Below, in pieces: positions 55,373-64,000 of a stretch of DNA of 64,000 nt. The notes beneath the pieces are model-generated. The model did not search any database and had not been told where the DNA came from. It saw only the letters and a list, made by a program, of their open reading frames with translations. The position numbers and the translations under genes are program-made. Position 1 is the first letter of the stretch; each line of letters starts with the position of its first letter. This DNA is from Balanoglossus misakiensis (Eukaryota > Animalia > Hemichordata), in the NCBI GenBank assembly GCA_040954595.2, contig CM082590.2, forward strand, positions 2,418,001-2,482,000, given 5' to 3'.

Positions 55373-58271
55373 TAATGAACAGGGGGATTATTATTATGAA
55401 TAGAGCAAGTGCATACACTTGCACCGGGGAAAAATATGCATAGAATATTTCGAATTAAAAGTTTGCGAGTCATGCAAACCAAGTGATAAAAAATAGAACC
55501 AAGCAGTGGGCTTGAATTTGAATGGCATGCATTTACAGGGGATATGCACCATGCCCCATCCCTGTCCAGAAGAAACACAAACTTATTGATTTTCTTAGGG
55601 GAGAGATGTTACTGTTTGGGTTAGTGAGCAAATTTGATTATTTTGGTAGAGGGCAATCATTGTACACGTCTGGATTTTACATGCATATGAATAATGGATT
55701 TATGTTCACAAATTTCACCTAATTCATGAAATTGCATGATTTGCAATATAACTGCAATGTACAAAATTATTTATTACAATTTTTCAATTTAAAATCTTAT
55801 TTTTTTCCAGACAAGTGAAATAGATAACGCAGAAAGAGAATCCAGCCCAAGTACAAATGAAAGAGGTAGAGGACAACGTGGTAGAAGTCGAGGCCGTGGT
55901 ATGGGTAGAGGTCGAGGTGGTGAGACTGAGAGAGGAGGAAGTGTTGCAGCTCGGGGGAGTACAAGTCGAGGCCGTGGTAGGGGTAGAGGTCGAGGTGGTG
56001 AGACTGAGAGAGGAGGAAGTGTTGCAGCTCGGGGGAGTACAAGTCGAGGCCGTGGTAGGGGTAGAGGTCGAGGTGGTGAGACTGAGAGAGGAGGAAGTGT
56101 TGCAGCTCGGGGGAGAACAAGCCGACGACGTGGAAGGGGTAGGAGGGGTGCAACATCCGTATCTGTTGGAGATGCTGTTGCCCAACTACAACAAAGGAGA
56201 CAAAGAATGGAGGTAACTTTAAAAACATACATTTATTTCATACATATATAAATAAAACAAAACAATAAAAATAGTGCTGTTTGTATCATTCAATGAAATT
56301 GTTAACAATCTGTCCACAGGCTGCTGTTGAACACATGAAAAACGATGAACTGCAAAGAATGGTGATACAAATGGTTGATTGGCAGCCTGGTTTGATGTTT
56401 AATCTCATATTCCCAGTAACACTAGAACAGCAGGGATACCACCCACCCTCAGCAACTCAATCACCTGACTGGTGCATTTGCAGTCACTGTCAGCAGATGC
56501 CAACAGAAATGGAGAAAATGTGCTGCGATAAACAGCCACAAAACTGCATCTCAAGATCACCGGTAAGTCAAGTAAGCTTTTGGATTTTAACTTGTACATG
56601 AATATAATTCTACAAGGACTCACTACTAAACCACTATGAACTGAAAATTTGAACTCTAAGTTAAATTGAACACATTCAGTTCCACTAACCTGGCTACAGT
56701 CAAACTGTACTTCCTGTAACATTTTTGCAAAGTATATCCACAATGGTTTGCATATAGCAAAGCAAAGCTGGTTGTTTGTGTGTTTTTGTCAGAAGTTTTA
56801 GAGCCACAATATCATAACGTAGGGAGATAATCCAATGCAAACAGTTTGACCTGAAGGGTTGTGAAAAGAGTGCATGTGTTGAGGACGGAACTTTGGAAGA
56901 ACAGGTTACAAACTCAAAGTATACAGAAATATGTATTTGTAACACGATACAGGAATTTATAATTTGTGCATTATGCATATATTGAGACGTCTAGTGTTAG
57001 ATTCTGCATATACCAATACAGAGGTCAGATAAACATTGAAATTTAAAGAGACACTGGAAACACACCACTATTATTCAAAACCTGAGATTGCTTTCTGAAG
57101 TCAAGAAAACAATGATATAAAAATTCCCTTTGGAAGTTGGTGTTGACATCAACACAACTAAATATATATATAAAAAAAATTCTGTGAAGTACTGGTGGCC
57201 AGTGCAGCTTCATTGTCACATTTGGCATGGCAGTGTAAGGAAATCGTCGAGTAGTGTGCTATAGAAAACATCTTTGTTGACAAATTTACAAAATCTTCAG
57301 AACAAAACATCAATACAAACTGATTATTCTAAAGTTAAAGGGACAAAGTCTCTCTCTCGCTGCCCTTTTTCCATTAATTATGTTTGATACAAGACACTAT
57401 TTATGTTAATTTACATGTGGATATGAATCAACGCTCAACCACACACACCTTCCATCCCACTTGTATCATGCGAAGTAAAAACTTGCCCAGAATGAATAAA
57501 TGGTAGAGACCGTTTATTTATTTTGGTGAGTTTTTCACTCTTGTGTCTACAAGCAGGAATGGGAGGTGTGTTTGGTCGAATGTTGATTCACTATATATCC
57601 ACATGTAGAATAACATGAACAATGTCTTGTATCAAGCAAAATCACTGGAAAACGGCAGTGAGAGAGAGAGACTTCGTCCCTTTAAAAATGTTACATTTTG
57701 GTAAATGACAACAGCATGCCATCTATGTCACTGTCAGTAATAAAACTTCAGTGATTACAATATGAGTTGAAAGTCTTGTAAATATTTCATTAAATTTGCT
57801 TGTGGTTTACACTTTATGTGAATGAATGTAAATGTGGACAAAAAACTACTGTAATCTTGAAGGAACAAATCCAGTGTTGCGGGCAAATGGGTCAGGAAAT
57901 CGGTCCTGGATCTTCCAGACACAGCAACTATAGAGAGGTTTGACTGTAGGCTCTTCCTTTTTTTTTACATATTATGAACCTAACTTTTGTTATCTTTCTG
58001 TCACCAGGATTTCAATGTGCTTGTGCTCAATGAGGCTGTGTTGGCCTTGGCTAGGACCTACAGGCGAGAAATCTTTGCTACTGATGATGATGATGACAAT
58101 AACACAGATAACCGACATGCTGCCTATAGGCAGTATGTCATGTGGCAGTATGGTCGTTTAGGTGCAGGAAACCGTGTGGTCATTCCCAGTTGCTGTGTCT
58201 GGGAGATCCGGGACCGATTTCCTGACCCATTCGCCCGCTACACTGGATTTGTTCCTTCAAGATTACAATAG
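54890..58271 (+). CDS. KolX-type protein, 306 aa: RG/RGG low-complexity N-terminus plus P2X7 C-terminal ballast-like (nanor-like) Zn-binding domain; join(54890..54901,55811..56212,56320..56562,58008..58271)
   Basis: All three introns are GT..AG and phase 0, and the joined frame is open. Motifs PDWCICSHC..EKMCC..NCISRSP|DFNVLVLNEAVL..RHAAYRQYVMWQYGRLG..VIPSCCVWEIRDRFPDP..YTGF parallel P2X7 WCxCxxC..EELCC..CIT..FRKLVLSRHVL..RHCAYR..W..ILPSCCRWRIRKEFP..YSGF. Confidence 0.85.
55811..56212 (+). CDS. KolX exon 2, RG/RGG-rich (TSEIDNAER...QRRQRME)
   Basis: Acceptor TTTTTTTCCAG at 55810; donor GAG|GTAACT at 56213; 134 open codons in the frame of ORF 55901..56251. Confidence 0.75.
55886..56119 (+). 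repeat. Coding tandem repeat, 3 x 78 bp (SRGRGRGRGRGGETERGGSVAARGST)
   Basis: Units start at 55886, 55964 and 56042 and are nearly identical; a diverged partial unit follows at 56120. Confidence 0.95.
56320..56562 (+). CDS. KolX exon 3, first Cys cluster (WCICSHC...CC...C)
   Basis: Acceptor TGTCCACAG at 56319; donor CCG|GTAAGT at 56563; 81 codons. Confidence 0.88.
57339..57681. mobile_element. 343-bp foldback non-autonomous Kolobok element (MITE) in KolX intron 3
   Basis: TTAA at 57335-57338 and 57682-57685. Termini AGGGACAAAGTCTCTCTCTC and GAGAGAGAGACTTCGTCCCT. Imperfect inverted arms of ~165 bp (TTGATACAAGACA/TGTCTTGTATCAA, TACATGTGGATAT/ATATCCACATGTA, TGAATCAAC/GTTGATTCA, AATAAATGGT/ACCGTTTATT) meet near 57507. 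Confidence 0.92.
57832..57929 (-). repeat. Inverted duplicate of the KolX 3' coding end and stop region (58188-58287)
   Basis: Reverse complement AGTTGCTGTGTCTGGAAGATCCAGGACCGATTTCCTGACCCATTTGCCCGCAACACTGGATTTGTTCCTTCAAGATTACAGTAGTTTTTTGTCCACAT matches 58188-58287 with about 6 substitutions and a shorter T run. Confidence 0.93.
58008..58271 (+). CDS. KolX exon 4 (RHAAYR...IPSCC...RFP...YTGF), stop TAG
   Basis: Acceptor TCTTTCTGTCACCAG at 58007; 87 aa with strong similarity to the P2X7 extreme C-terminus. Confidence 0.9.
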   Translation, partial: DFNVLVLNEAVLALARTYRREIFATDDDDDNNTDNRHAAYRQYVMWQYGRLGAGNRVVIPSCCVWEIRDRFPDPFARYTGFVPSRLQ

Positions 58272-58303
58272 TTTTTTTTGTCTACATGTATTTACATATG
58301 GAA

Positions 58304-58568
58304 TCATTCAGGCAATTCTCTGGTTCGTCTCGATATTTTTTCTTTTACTAGATCAGTTGTTGGTGGTGGTGGTATTTGAGCCAGATGCATGGATATTCTC
58401 CTAGGATCTGTAGTTTCTAGTTCTCTCTTTTTCTTCATTCCTTCTCTATCTTGAAGTCTCTTCTGCAGAATATCTTTTATCAGTGGCCTGATGTAGGGAT
58501 AGGACTTGGCTTCTTTTACTGGAGCGGCGGACCATCTGTTGCTCTTTTTGTTGAATTTTCTGTGGTAC
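58304..58568 (-). CDS. Kolobok transposase last exon
   Basis: Acceptor TTTCAATCAAAG; YHRKFNKKSNRWSAAPVKEAKSYPYIRPLI...PPPPTTDLVKEKISRR; TGA at 58304-58306. This frame is missed by the ORF track. Confidence 0.8.
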
Positions 58569-60003
58569 CTTTGATTGAAACGCAGTGATCAAAAACTTAG
58601 TTTGTGCAATCATTTTTACTTCACTTACTGTATTGTTTTTATATGCAACAATACCACATGCTGTATGCATGCATTTCTTTTATACCACGATTTTACACCT
58701 TTCAATTGTTATTTTGAATTTTGTTTTTAAACTGCTTGTCTTTCACAGAATGACATTTTGTTTTCTGCAAAAGCTACATTTTAAAAGTGATTACTGTGGT
58801 TATATTAAATGTGTTTTGGCATTCATTTACATTTGAAGATTCTGCAATAAAGTGTTGTTTGGACTCACATTTCTTGACCATCTTTAGTTTTCCTTGTTTC
58901 CCTTTCTAGGTGCGCATTGTGGTCTAAGGCGGCCAAGATATTTCTGGCCCTGTATGCTGGTGGTGAGTAAGCATACCTCTTGGAAGCGTACATTAGAATG
59001 TGTTGTTGGAAAGATTCCAATTCAGCCGTCGATCTGCAGAAGAACAGATAATAAAACTTCTGTTCAGTCTATTTGTCTTCAAATTGGGTAAGACTGCTGT
59101 CAAAGGCAACCAAGTTCATGGCCACAAAAGCCTGTATATGAGACTTACATAAATAAGTATTTGTTGTCATACTACACAATTTGGGTCATGATACCATCTA
59201 CAGTGACAAAAAAATATTTTACAACCTATAAAACAAGGATTTTGTTTAGTGACCCTTTTACTTTTAAATGTCAACTACCGGTAACTCATTTCCAAGCTAA
59301 TATTGACAGGTTTCTCGCAAAAATTAGCATTGATTTTGGCAACAAAATGCCACAGGAAATGCCAGAGTATGTATGGCCCTATTTATTGGTGTCTTTTGGC
59401 CAAATGACCAATTTTGTTACCTGAAATTCAGAAGATAGTGGATCTTCTTTAGGAATGCTTTGTCAAACACGACATTTCTCAATGCCAAATGGGCTGCACC
59501 GTTTTTCTTTAAGTAGTTCCTTTCAGCGTCCCCAGTATCAGCAAGTGGTCCATGGTCGCATTCCATGGCATTGCTGTTGCCATAGTTCACATGCCATGTG
59601 TGTTCATCTACCACGTGATGTATAACACCACCCCAAATCTCCTGCACAACAACATACAGTCTCTATATCACGATTTTTGATTATATCAGTAAAGTTTACA
59701 ATCCCATAAATCACTATTGCAATAACATGAACTATGACATGTTCAATGCACAGCAAAACAGCAGCAACCAATCCAATTGAATGTTAAAACATGTCTCAAT
59801 ATTTATTATCAAATATTAATTTTTAAGATTACCCTAAGAAGTCTCTATAGTATCACACATTTTAACATCTAGGCTAGCTGATGATAAGTAATACTTACCA
59901 GAAACTTGTCCATATCTGATGCTTTTTGACAACAATACCAAAAGTGGTTCACAATGTGGGTCACCCATTTCAGCAGTGGTTTGCACTCTTTGTTTTGTGC
60001 AGC
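58304..60003 (-). CDS. Kolobok transposase, C-terminal four exons; complement(join(58304..58568,58869..59033,59421..59641,59899..60003)); 5' exons lie beyond the Gypsy insertion
   Basis: Spliced translation: AAQNKECKPLLKWVTHIVNHFWYCCQKASDMDKFL|EIWGGVIHHVVDEHTW..CDHGPL..LRNVVFDKAFLKKIHYLLNFR|STAELESFQQHILMYASKRYAYSPPAYRARNILAALDHNAH..GQEM|YHRKFNKKSNRW..KSYPYI..DPRRIS..PPPPTTDLV..SRRTRELPE*. Introns are GT..AG with phases 0, 2, 2 and there are no internal stops. NHFW, HxxxxHxW, CxHGPL, TxxLE, YxxKR and LAALDHN are Kolobok transposase motifs. Confidence 0.85.
58869..59033 (-). CDS. Kolobok transposase exon with the presumed catalytic Glu (STAELES)
   Basis: Acceptor TTCTTCTGCAG; donor AT|GTGAGT; STAELESFQQHILMYASKR...LAALDHN. 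Confidence 0.85.
59421..59641 (-). CDS. Kolobok transposase exon (HHVVDEHTW...CDHGPL)
   Basis: Acceptor TTGTGCAG; donor AG|GTAACA; overlaps ORF 59417..59647. Confidence 0.85.
59899..60003 (-). CDS. Kolobok transposase exon (LKWVTHIVNHFWYCC)
   Basis: Acceptor TTTTTTTAAG; donor CTG|GTAAGT; 35 codons. Confidence 0.82.
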
Positions 60004-60032
60004 CTTAAAAAAACACAGAATACACTCATGAT

Positions 60033-60186
60033 TGTGATGTCCGGGGAGGGGTTATTGACAGTCGACAACGACGGAGTTCCACAGAAGTGATGTTTATTGA
60101 ATGACAACCACGCGGGAACTAACAGTTACAGGAAATCACGTATACAGACCATGTGACAATCACGTGATCATGACAATACTATCACA
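60033..60186 (-). repeat. 3' LTR, 154 bp
   Basis: Inverted termini TGTGAT...ATCACA; minus-strand AATAAA at 60093-60098; directly follows the purine tract. The partner LTR is outside the window. Confidence 0.75.
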
Positions 60187-60199
60187 TCTCCTCAACTTT
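60187..60199 (-). other. Polypurine tract (AAAGTTGAGGAGA)
   Basis: Purine-rich run abutting the LTR TG on the minus strand. Confidence 0.7.
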
Positions 60200-60437
60200 A
60201 GAAAAAAACTTGTACTTTAAGTTTACAACTCGCTTTGGAAAGTATGAAATTTGCCAACACTGTCAAATTGTAATGCTTTGTGAATGATCATGTTCTAACA
60301 AACGAAAACAAACAGAACCTTAACCTTAACAAGAACTTGAGAACTTCATAACTAGGAAAATACAAATCTCCAAGAGAAAATTTGCTCTACAGAAACTCAT
60401 TCCATAATGTTTGTGTACAGTCTTATGTCAATATAAT

Positions 60438-63400
60438 CTATCCTTCTGGCATGCAATAGTCTTTGTGCCAAGGAGGTTTAGATTTTATTCTTGTTGAGCG
60501 TCTCACATCAGTACTATTGGGGTTTACATTTGTCTTAGGTGAATTTGTCACTGGCATTGTTGGAGGAACATTTACAATCGTTTCCAACGATGCTGTACCA
60601 GTAGGTGAAACAGGACTAGGACATGCTGGTCCAGTTGATTTCTGACTAGAACAGACGGGTTATACTGGCAAGTTATCCAGGTTGTTATGTGTAGACAAAT
60701 CATGGATATGGGGGTTACAGGATGGAACACCATTTTGAACCCTTTGAGGTTGTTCATATGTCAAATGTTTGGAGTTCCATTCAGTGCCCTGGAAGGAAAA
60801 TTCTGGATATTCCTCAACATATTTCTTTACATGTCCAGTGGACCTTCTTTTTACACCTTTGGAGTTTTCCAATACTAACGCACCTCCATCTTTCTGGATG
60901 ACTTTGTATGGTTCTGTCTCGAAATTGGGAGTGAGTTTGTTTTGCCTAAATGCTTGCTGGAGCAAAACAGTATCACCTTCCCTGATATCTGAGGAAGTGG
61001 CATGTCTCCTGTTGTCGGCATAGAACTTTTGTTTCATTTTCATTCTGTTGTTTCTTTCTCTCATTTTGATTTGCCAATCAGACTCATTGATTGTTTGGGA
61101 TGGAATTCTCAGTCTAGGAATTTTGTCCCTAAACTCTCTTCCCATCAGAGCCATAGCAGGAGATATGCCTGTCACAGTATGGGGTGTATTTATATATTCA
61201 AATAGAAAATGTGTCAAATCTTTGTACCAACTTTTCTTTTGCAATTTAGCAATTCGTACAGACTTCAAAATTATTTCATTCAGCCTCTCAACACTTCCAT
61301 TGCTCTGAGGCCAGTATGGAATGGAATATTCATGATCAATACCTAAGTAATCAAGGAAACCTTCAAACTCGGCTGAGGTAAAAGGTGGACCATTGTCTGA
61401 TTTGACACAGTAAGGCAACCCATGTGTAAGAAACATAGCTTCCATGGCTTTTATGACATGGGCAGCATCTGTTTTCTTTAACAAAACTACTTCAGGCCAT
61501 CTAGAGTATAAATCAGTTACCACTAGTAATTTCTCACCATCACATACATCCAAAAGATCAACTGCTAAATCGAACCATGGTCCTTCAGGTAACTGTGTGG
61601 GTAATAATGGCTCTGGGTTTGGCCTGGCACTGACCAATTGACATGGATGACAGGATCGTATCAGTTTTTCCACATCCCTGTCCATTCCTGGCCACCAAAC
61701 TCTGTCACGTAAACGAGCCTTTGTCCTCACAATTCCCTGATGACCCTGGTGTGCAATTTTCAAGATTTTTCTTTGCAAAACTTGAGGAACAACCAATCTG
61801 TTACCACGCATGATCAATCTGCCATACAACCATAATTCGTCTTTCACATGCCAATAGGGTGAAGACTTCAATTTTGACCAATTTGCAGAGGTAATACACT
61901 TTTCAACCAATTGCAAGCTCTGGTCTTTTGCAGATTCTCTCTCAATATCACGTGGGGTGATAGCAGATGGCATAGCCTCTAAAACAACACTACATGCAAA
62001 ATCTTCAGTCTCTCTACAATAGTTGTCAGATGGTTCGTCCACGGGCAATCTACTCAACATGTCCGCATAATTATTCTTTCCCTTGATATGGGTGATATGA
62101 TAATCAAATTGTTGCATATATAACAGCCATCTCTCAATTCTAGCTGAAGGGGGCCTGGAGTTAGGGCTGAATACTTTCAATAAAGGCTTATGGTCAGTTC
62201 TGACCTCAAAATGACTGCCTAGCAGAAACTGCTGAAGTTTCTCACATGCCCATTTAACTCCAAGCGCCTCTCGCTCAAACTGAGAGTACCTTGACTCAAC
62301 ATGTGTAAGCTTTCTGCTAACATAGTACACTGGTTGATATGAACCATTACTTTGCATTTGTTCAGGGATTGCTCCAACACCAACGGGCGATGCATCAGAA
62401 GTGACTCGAGTTTTAGCACCCTGCTTGAAATAAGCCATGAATGGACTTGTGGTCAATTTATGTTTGATGAGATTGAATACTTTCTCATGCTTGGGAAGCC
62501 ATTTCCACTTTGCATCTTTGCGAGTCAAATCCCACAGTGGGCTTGTCACTGTTGCAAATTTATCGACATATTTTGAGCAAAATTGAGCCAGCCCCAAGAA
62601 ACTTCTCAATTCTGATTTGTCAGTTGGCGTTCGAGCTTTTACAATAGCTTTGACCTTCTCATCAGTGAGTTTCATACCCTGGGCCGTCATCAAGTGACCC
62701 ATGAATATCATACTGTCTCCTAGCTTACATTTTGTAAAGTTCAGCGTTAAACCATGCTCACTAAAACGCTTGATCACTTTCCCAACTCTGGCATGCAGCT
62801 GCTCATAATTTTCAGCTACTACTCTAATATCATCATGCATGTTGTGGGCACCCTCACAGCCCTTCAAAACCTGGCTAATTAGATTTTGAAACTTTTCAGT
62901 CGCCATGTTCACACCAAAAACTAAACGCTTGTAGCGATACAAAGAGTTGGGCCCTGAAAAGGTTGTAATATCCCTGCTCTTTTCATCGAGCTCAATTTGA
63001 TGGAAAGCCATATTCATATCAAGCTTGCAAAATACCTTGGCCCCTGAAATTTCCTCTAGCGTTTCATCCATGGTGGGAACAGGGTGTCTTTCCCTAACAA
63101 TGGCTTGATTTGCTTTTCTCATGTCCAGACATAGTCTGATATCCCCATCAGGCTTTTGTACTGTTACAAGGGGGTTGACCCAAGAGGTCGGACCCGAAAC
63201 CTTCTCTATTACTCCCAGCTTTTGAAGCTCGTTGAGTTTTTTCAACAACTTTAGCACGGCGGTTGAAAGGAATTCGCCGGTACTGGGCTATGGGTTTGAC
63301 ACTCTCATCAATATGCAAATGGAGCTTGTAGCCCTTTAACTTACCCAACCCATTAAATACCTCAGGATATTTCCTCCGCAATTCTGCAAGAATTGGCGAA

Positions 63401-64000
63401 GAATTATCAGCACATATTGAATTTATCGTGTACAGATTCACATTTCCAACTCTCAACATATCTAAATTCTCAGAAGTACTCCGACTCAACAAAATCGGTT
63501 GATCAGCCTTGATCACTATAAAATCAGCAATACATTTCTTTTTAGTAGGCGCTTCAACATGTAAGGCACATTTACCCAATATATCTAAAGGTTTACTAGA
63601 ACCATAGGTAAACACTTTATTGTTACAATTTCGAACTTTCACACCACGCTTTTCAGCAAGTCTGCGAAATTGTCTTTCACCAATGAGATTACATGTAGCA
63701 CCACTGTCGATGATAACCGGCACGTGTTGATTCTCGATCTGAATACCTGTATCAGTGAGGTCCTTCCCACTGGAAGCACGGAAAGCAGCATTGAAAGCAT
63801 AGTACGCTTTCTCCTCGTCAGTCTCGACGTCTGCATGGCCACCATCGGCGTTTGCATCAGTAGTCGTCTGAGCTACCTTGTGTGTACCGCGACCATCACC
63901 ACGCGTACGGCCACGTCCACGTGCGCTGCGGTTACCACCACTGCCTCGACTGTTGCCATTTTCACTGTCTTTAGACGGACAGTCTTCCCACTTAGCACGA
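60438..64000 (-). pseudogene. pol: Gypsy gag-pol polyprotein (gag tail, protease, RT, RNase H, integrase) with one frameshift and one premature stop
   Basis: Frame is open from the window edge (..AKWEDCP..RGRGR..) into protease IIDSGATCN. RT: IRLCLDMR, LDMNMAFHQI, FGV, MHDD. RNase H: SDAS, EREAL, TDHKPL. Integrase: HQGH..CHPC, VD, SDNGPPF, NGSVER. Extra A in an A6 run near 63237-63242. TAA at 60660-60662, after which the frame continues to RRSTRIKSKPPWHKDYCMPEG* (60438). Confidence 0.93.

Larger units (their letters stand above)
54595..64000. mobile_element. Kolobok-superfamily DNA transposon (autonomous-type layout); other end lies beyond the window
   Basis: TTAA target site at 54591-54594 followed by terminus AGGGACAAAGTCTCTCTCT. 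Contains convergent KolX-like and transposase genes, a layout described for Kolobok. The same terminus with a TTAA TSD bounds the nested MITE. Confidence 0.8.
60033..64000 (-). mobile_element. Ty3/Gypsy LTR retrotransposon (3' portion) inserted in a Kolobok transposase intron
   Basis: Domain order PR-RT-RNaseH-IN on the minus strand, followed by a polypurine tract and a TG...CA LTR. Confidence 0.95.

Noticed and set aside
55784-56232. Overlapping Thr/Ser-, Pro-, His/Leu- and Glu/Val-rich ORFs
   Set aside because: They are alternative frames of the 78-bp repeat. Only the RG frame fits the phase-0 splice sites on both sides.
54595-57681. A complete 3.1-kb element bounded by 54595 and 57681, or KolobokP-style long terminal direct repeats
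   Set aside because: The 57681 end pairs over ~165 bp with 57339 and has its own TTAA TSD. KolX continues past it, and similarity between 54595 and 57339 is limited to ~19 bp plus one motif.
56281-58271. A P2X7 receptor gene
   Set aside because: Only the C-terminal ballast-like domain is present. There are no transmembrane or ectodomain exons, and the gene lies inside a transposon.
60463-62576. Short plus-strand and alternate-frame ORFs over pol
   Set aside because: Shadow frames of the Gypsy pol sequence.

Overview
Eukaryotic DNA, most likely an invertebrate animal (inferred from the transposon families and spliceosomal introns). Bases 1-51104 are one uninterrupted satellite array of a ~131-bp monomer (about 390 copies), with shifting higher-order repeats and nested 1-18 kb duplications. 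All ORFs listed there are artefacts of the repeat. The last 13 kb is stacked transposable elements. First come a decayed Academ-like fragment with its right terminus (51.5-52.3 kb) and a 5'-truncated L1/Tx1 LINE with a 14-bp TSD and poly(A) (52.9-54.4 kb). A large Kolobok DNA transposon then starts at TTAA|AGGGAC (54595) and runs off the window. It carries two convergent spliced genes that the ORF track only shows in fragments. One is an intact 4-exon, 306-aa KolX-type protein: an RG/RGG repeat region plus a domain matching the P2X7 C-terminal Zn/guanosine-binding 'ballast'. The other is the last four exons of a Kolobok DDD/E transposase; the two stop codons are 32 bp apart. Nested in the Kolobok are a 343-bp foldback MITE with the same terminus, an inverted copy of the KolX 3' end that predicts an RNA hairpin, and a lightly decayed Ty3/Gypsy element in a transposase intron. 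Family assignments come from motif recognition only; no database search was run.
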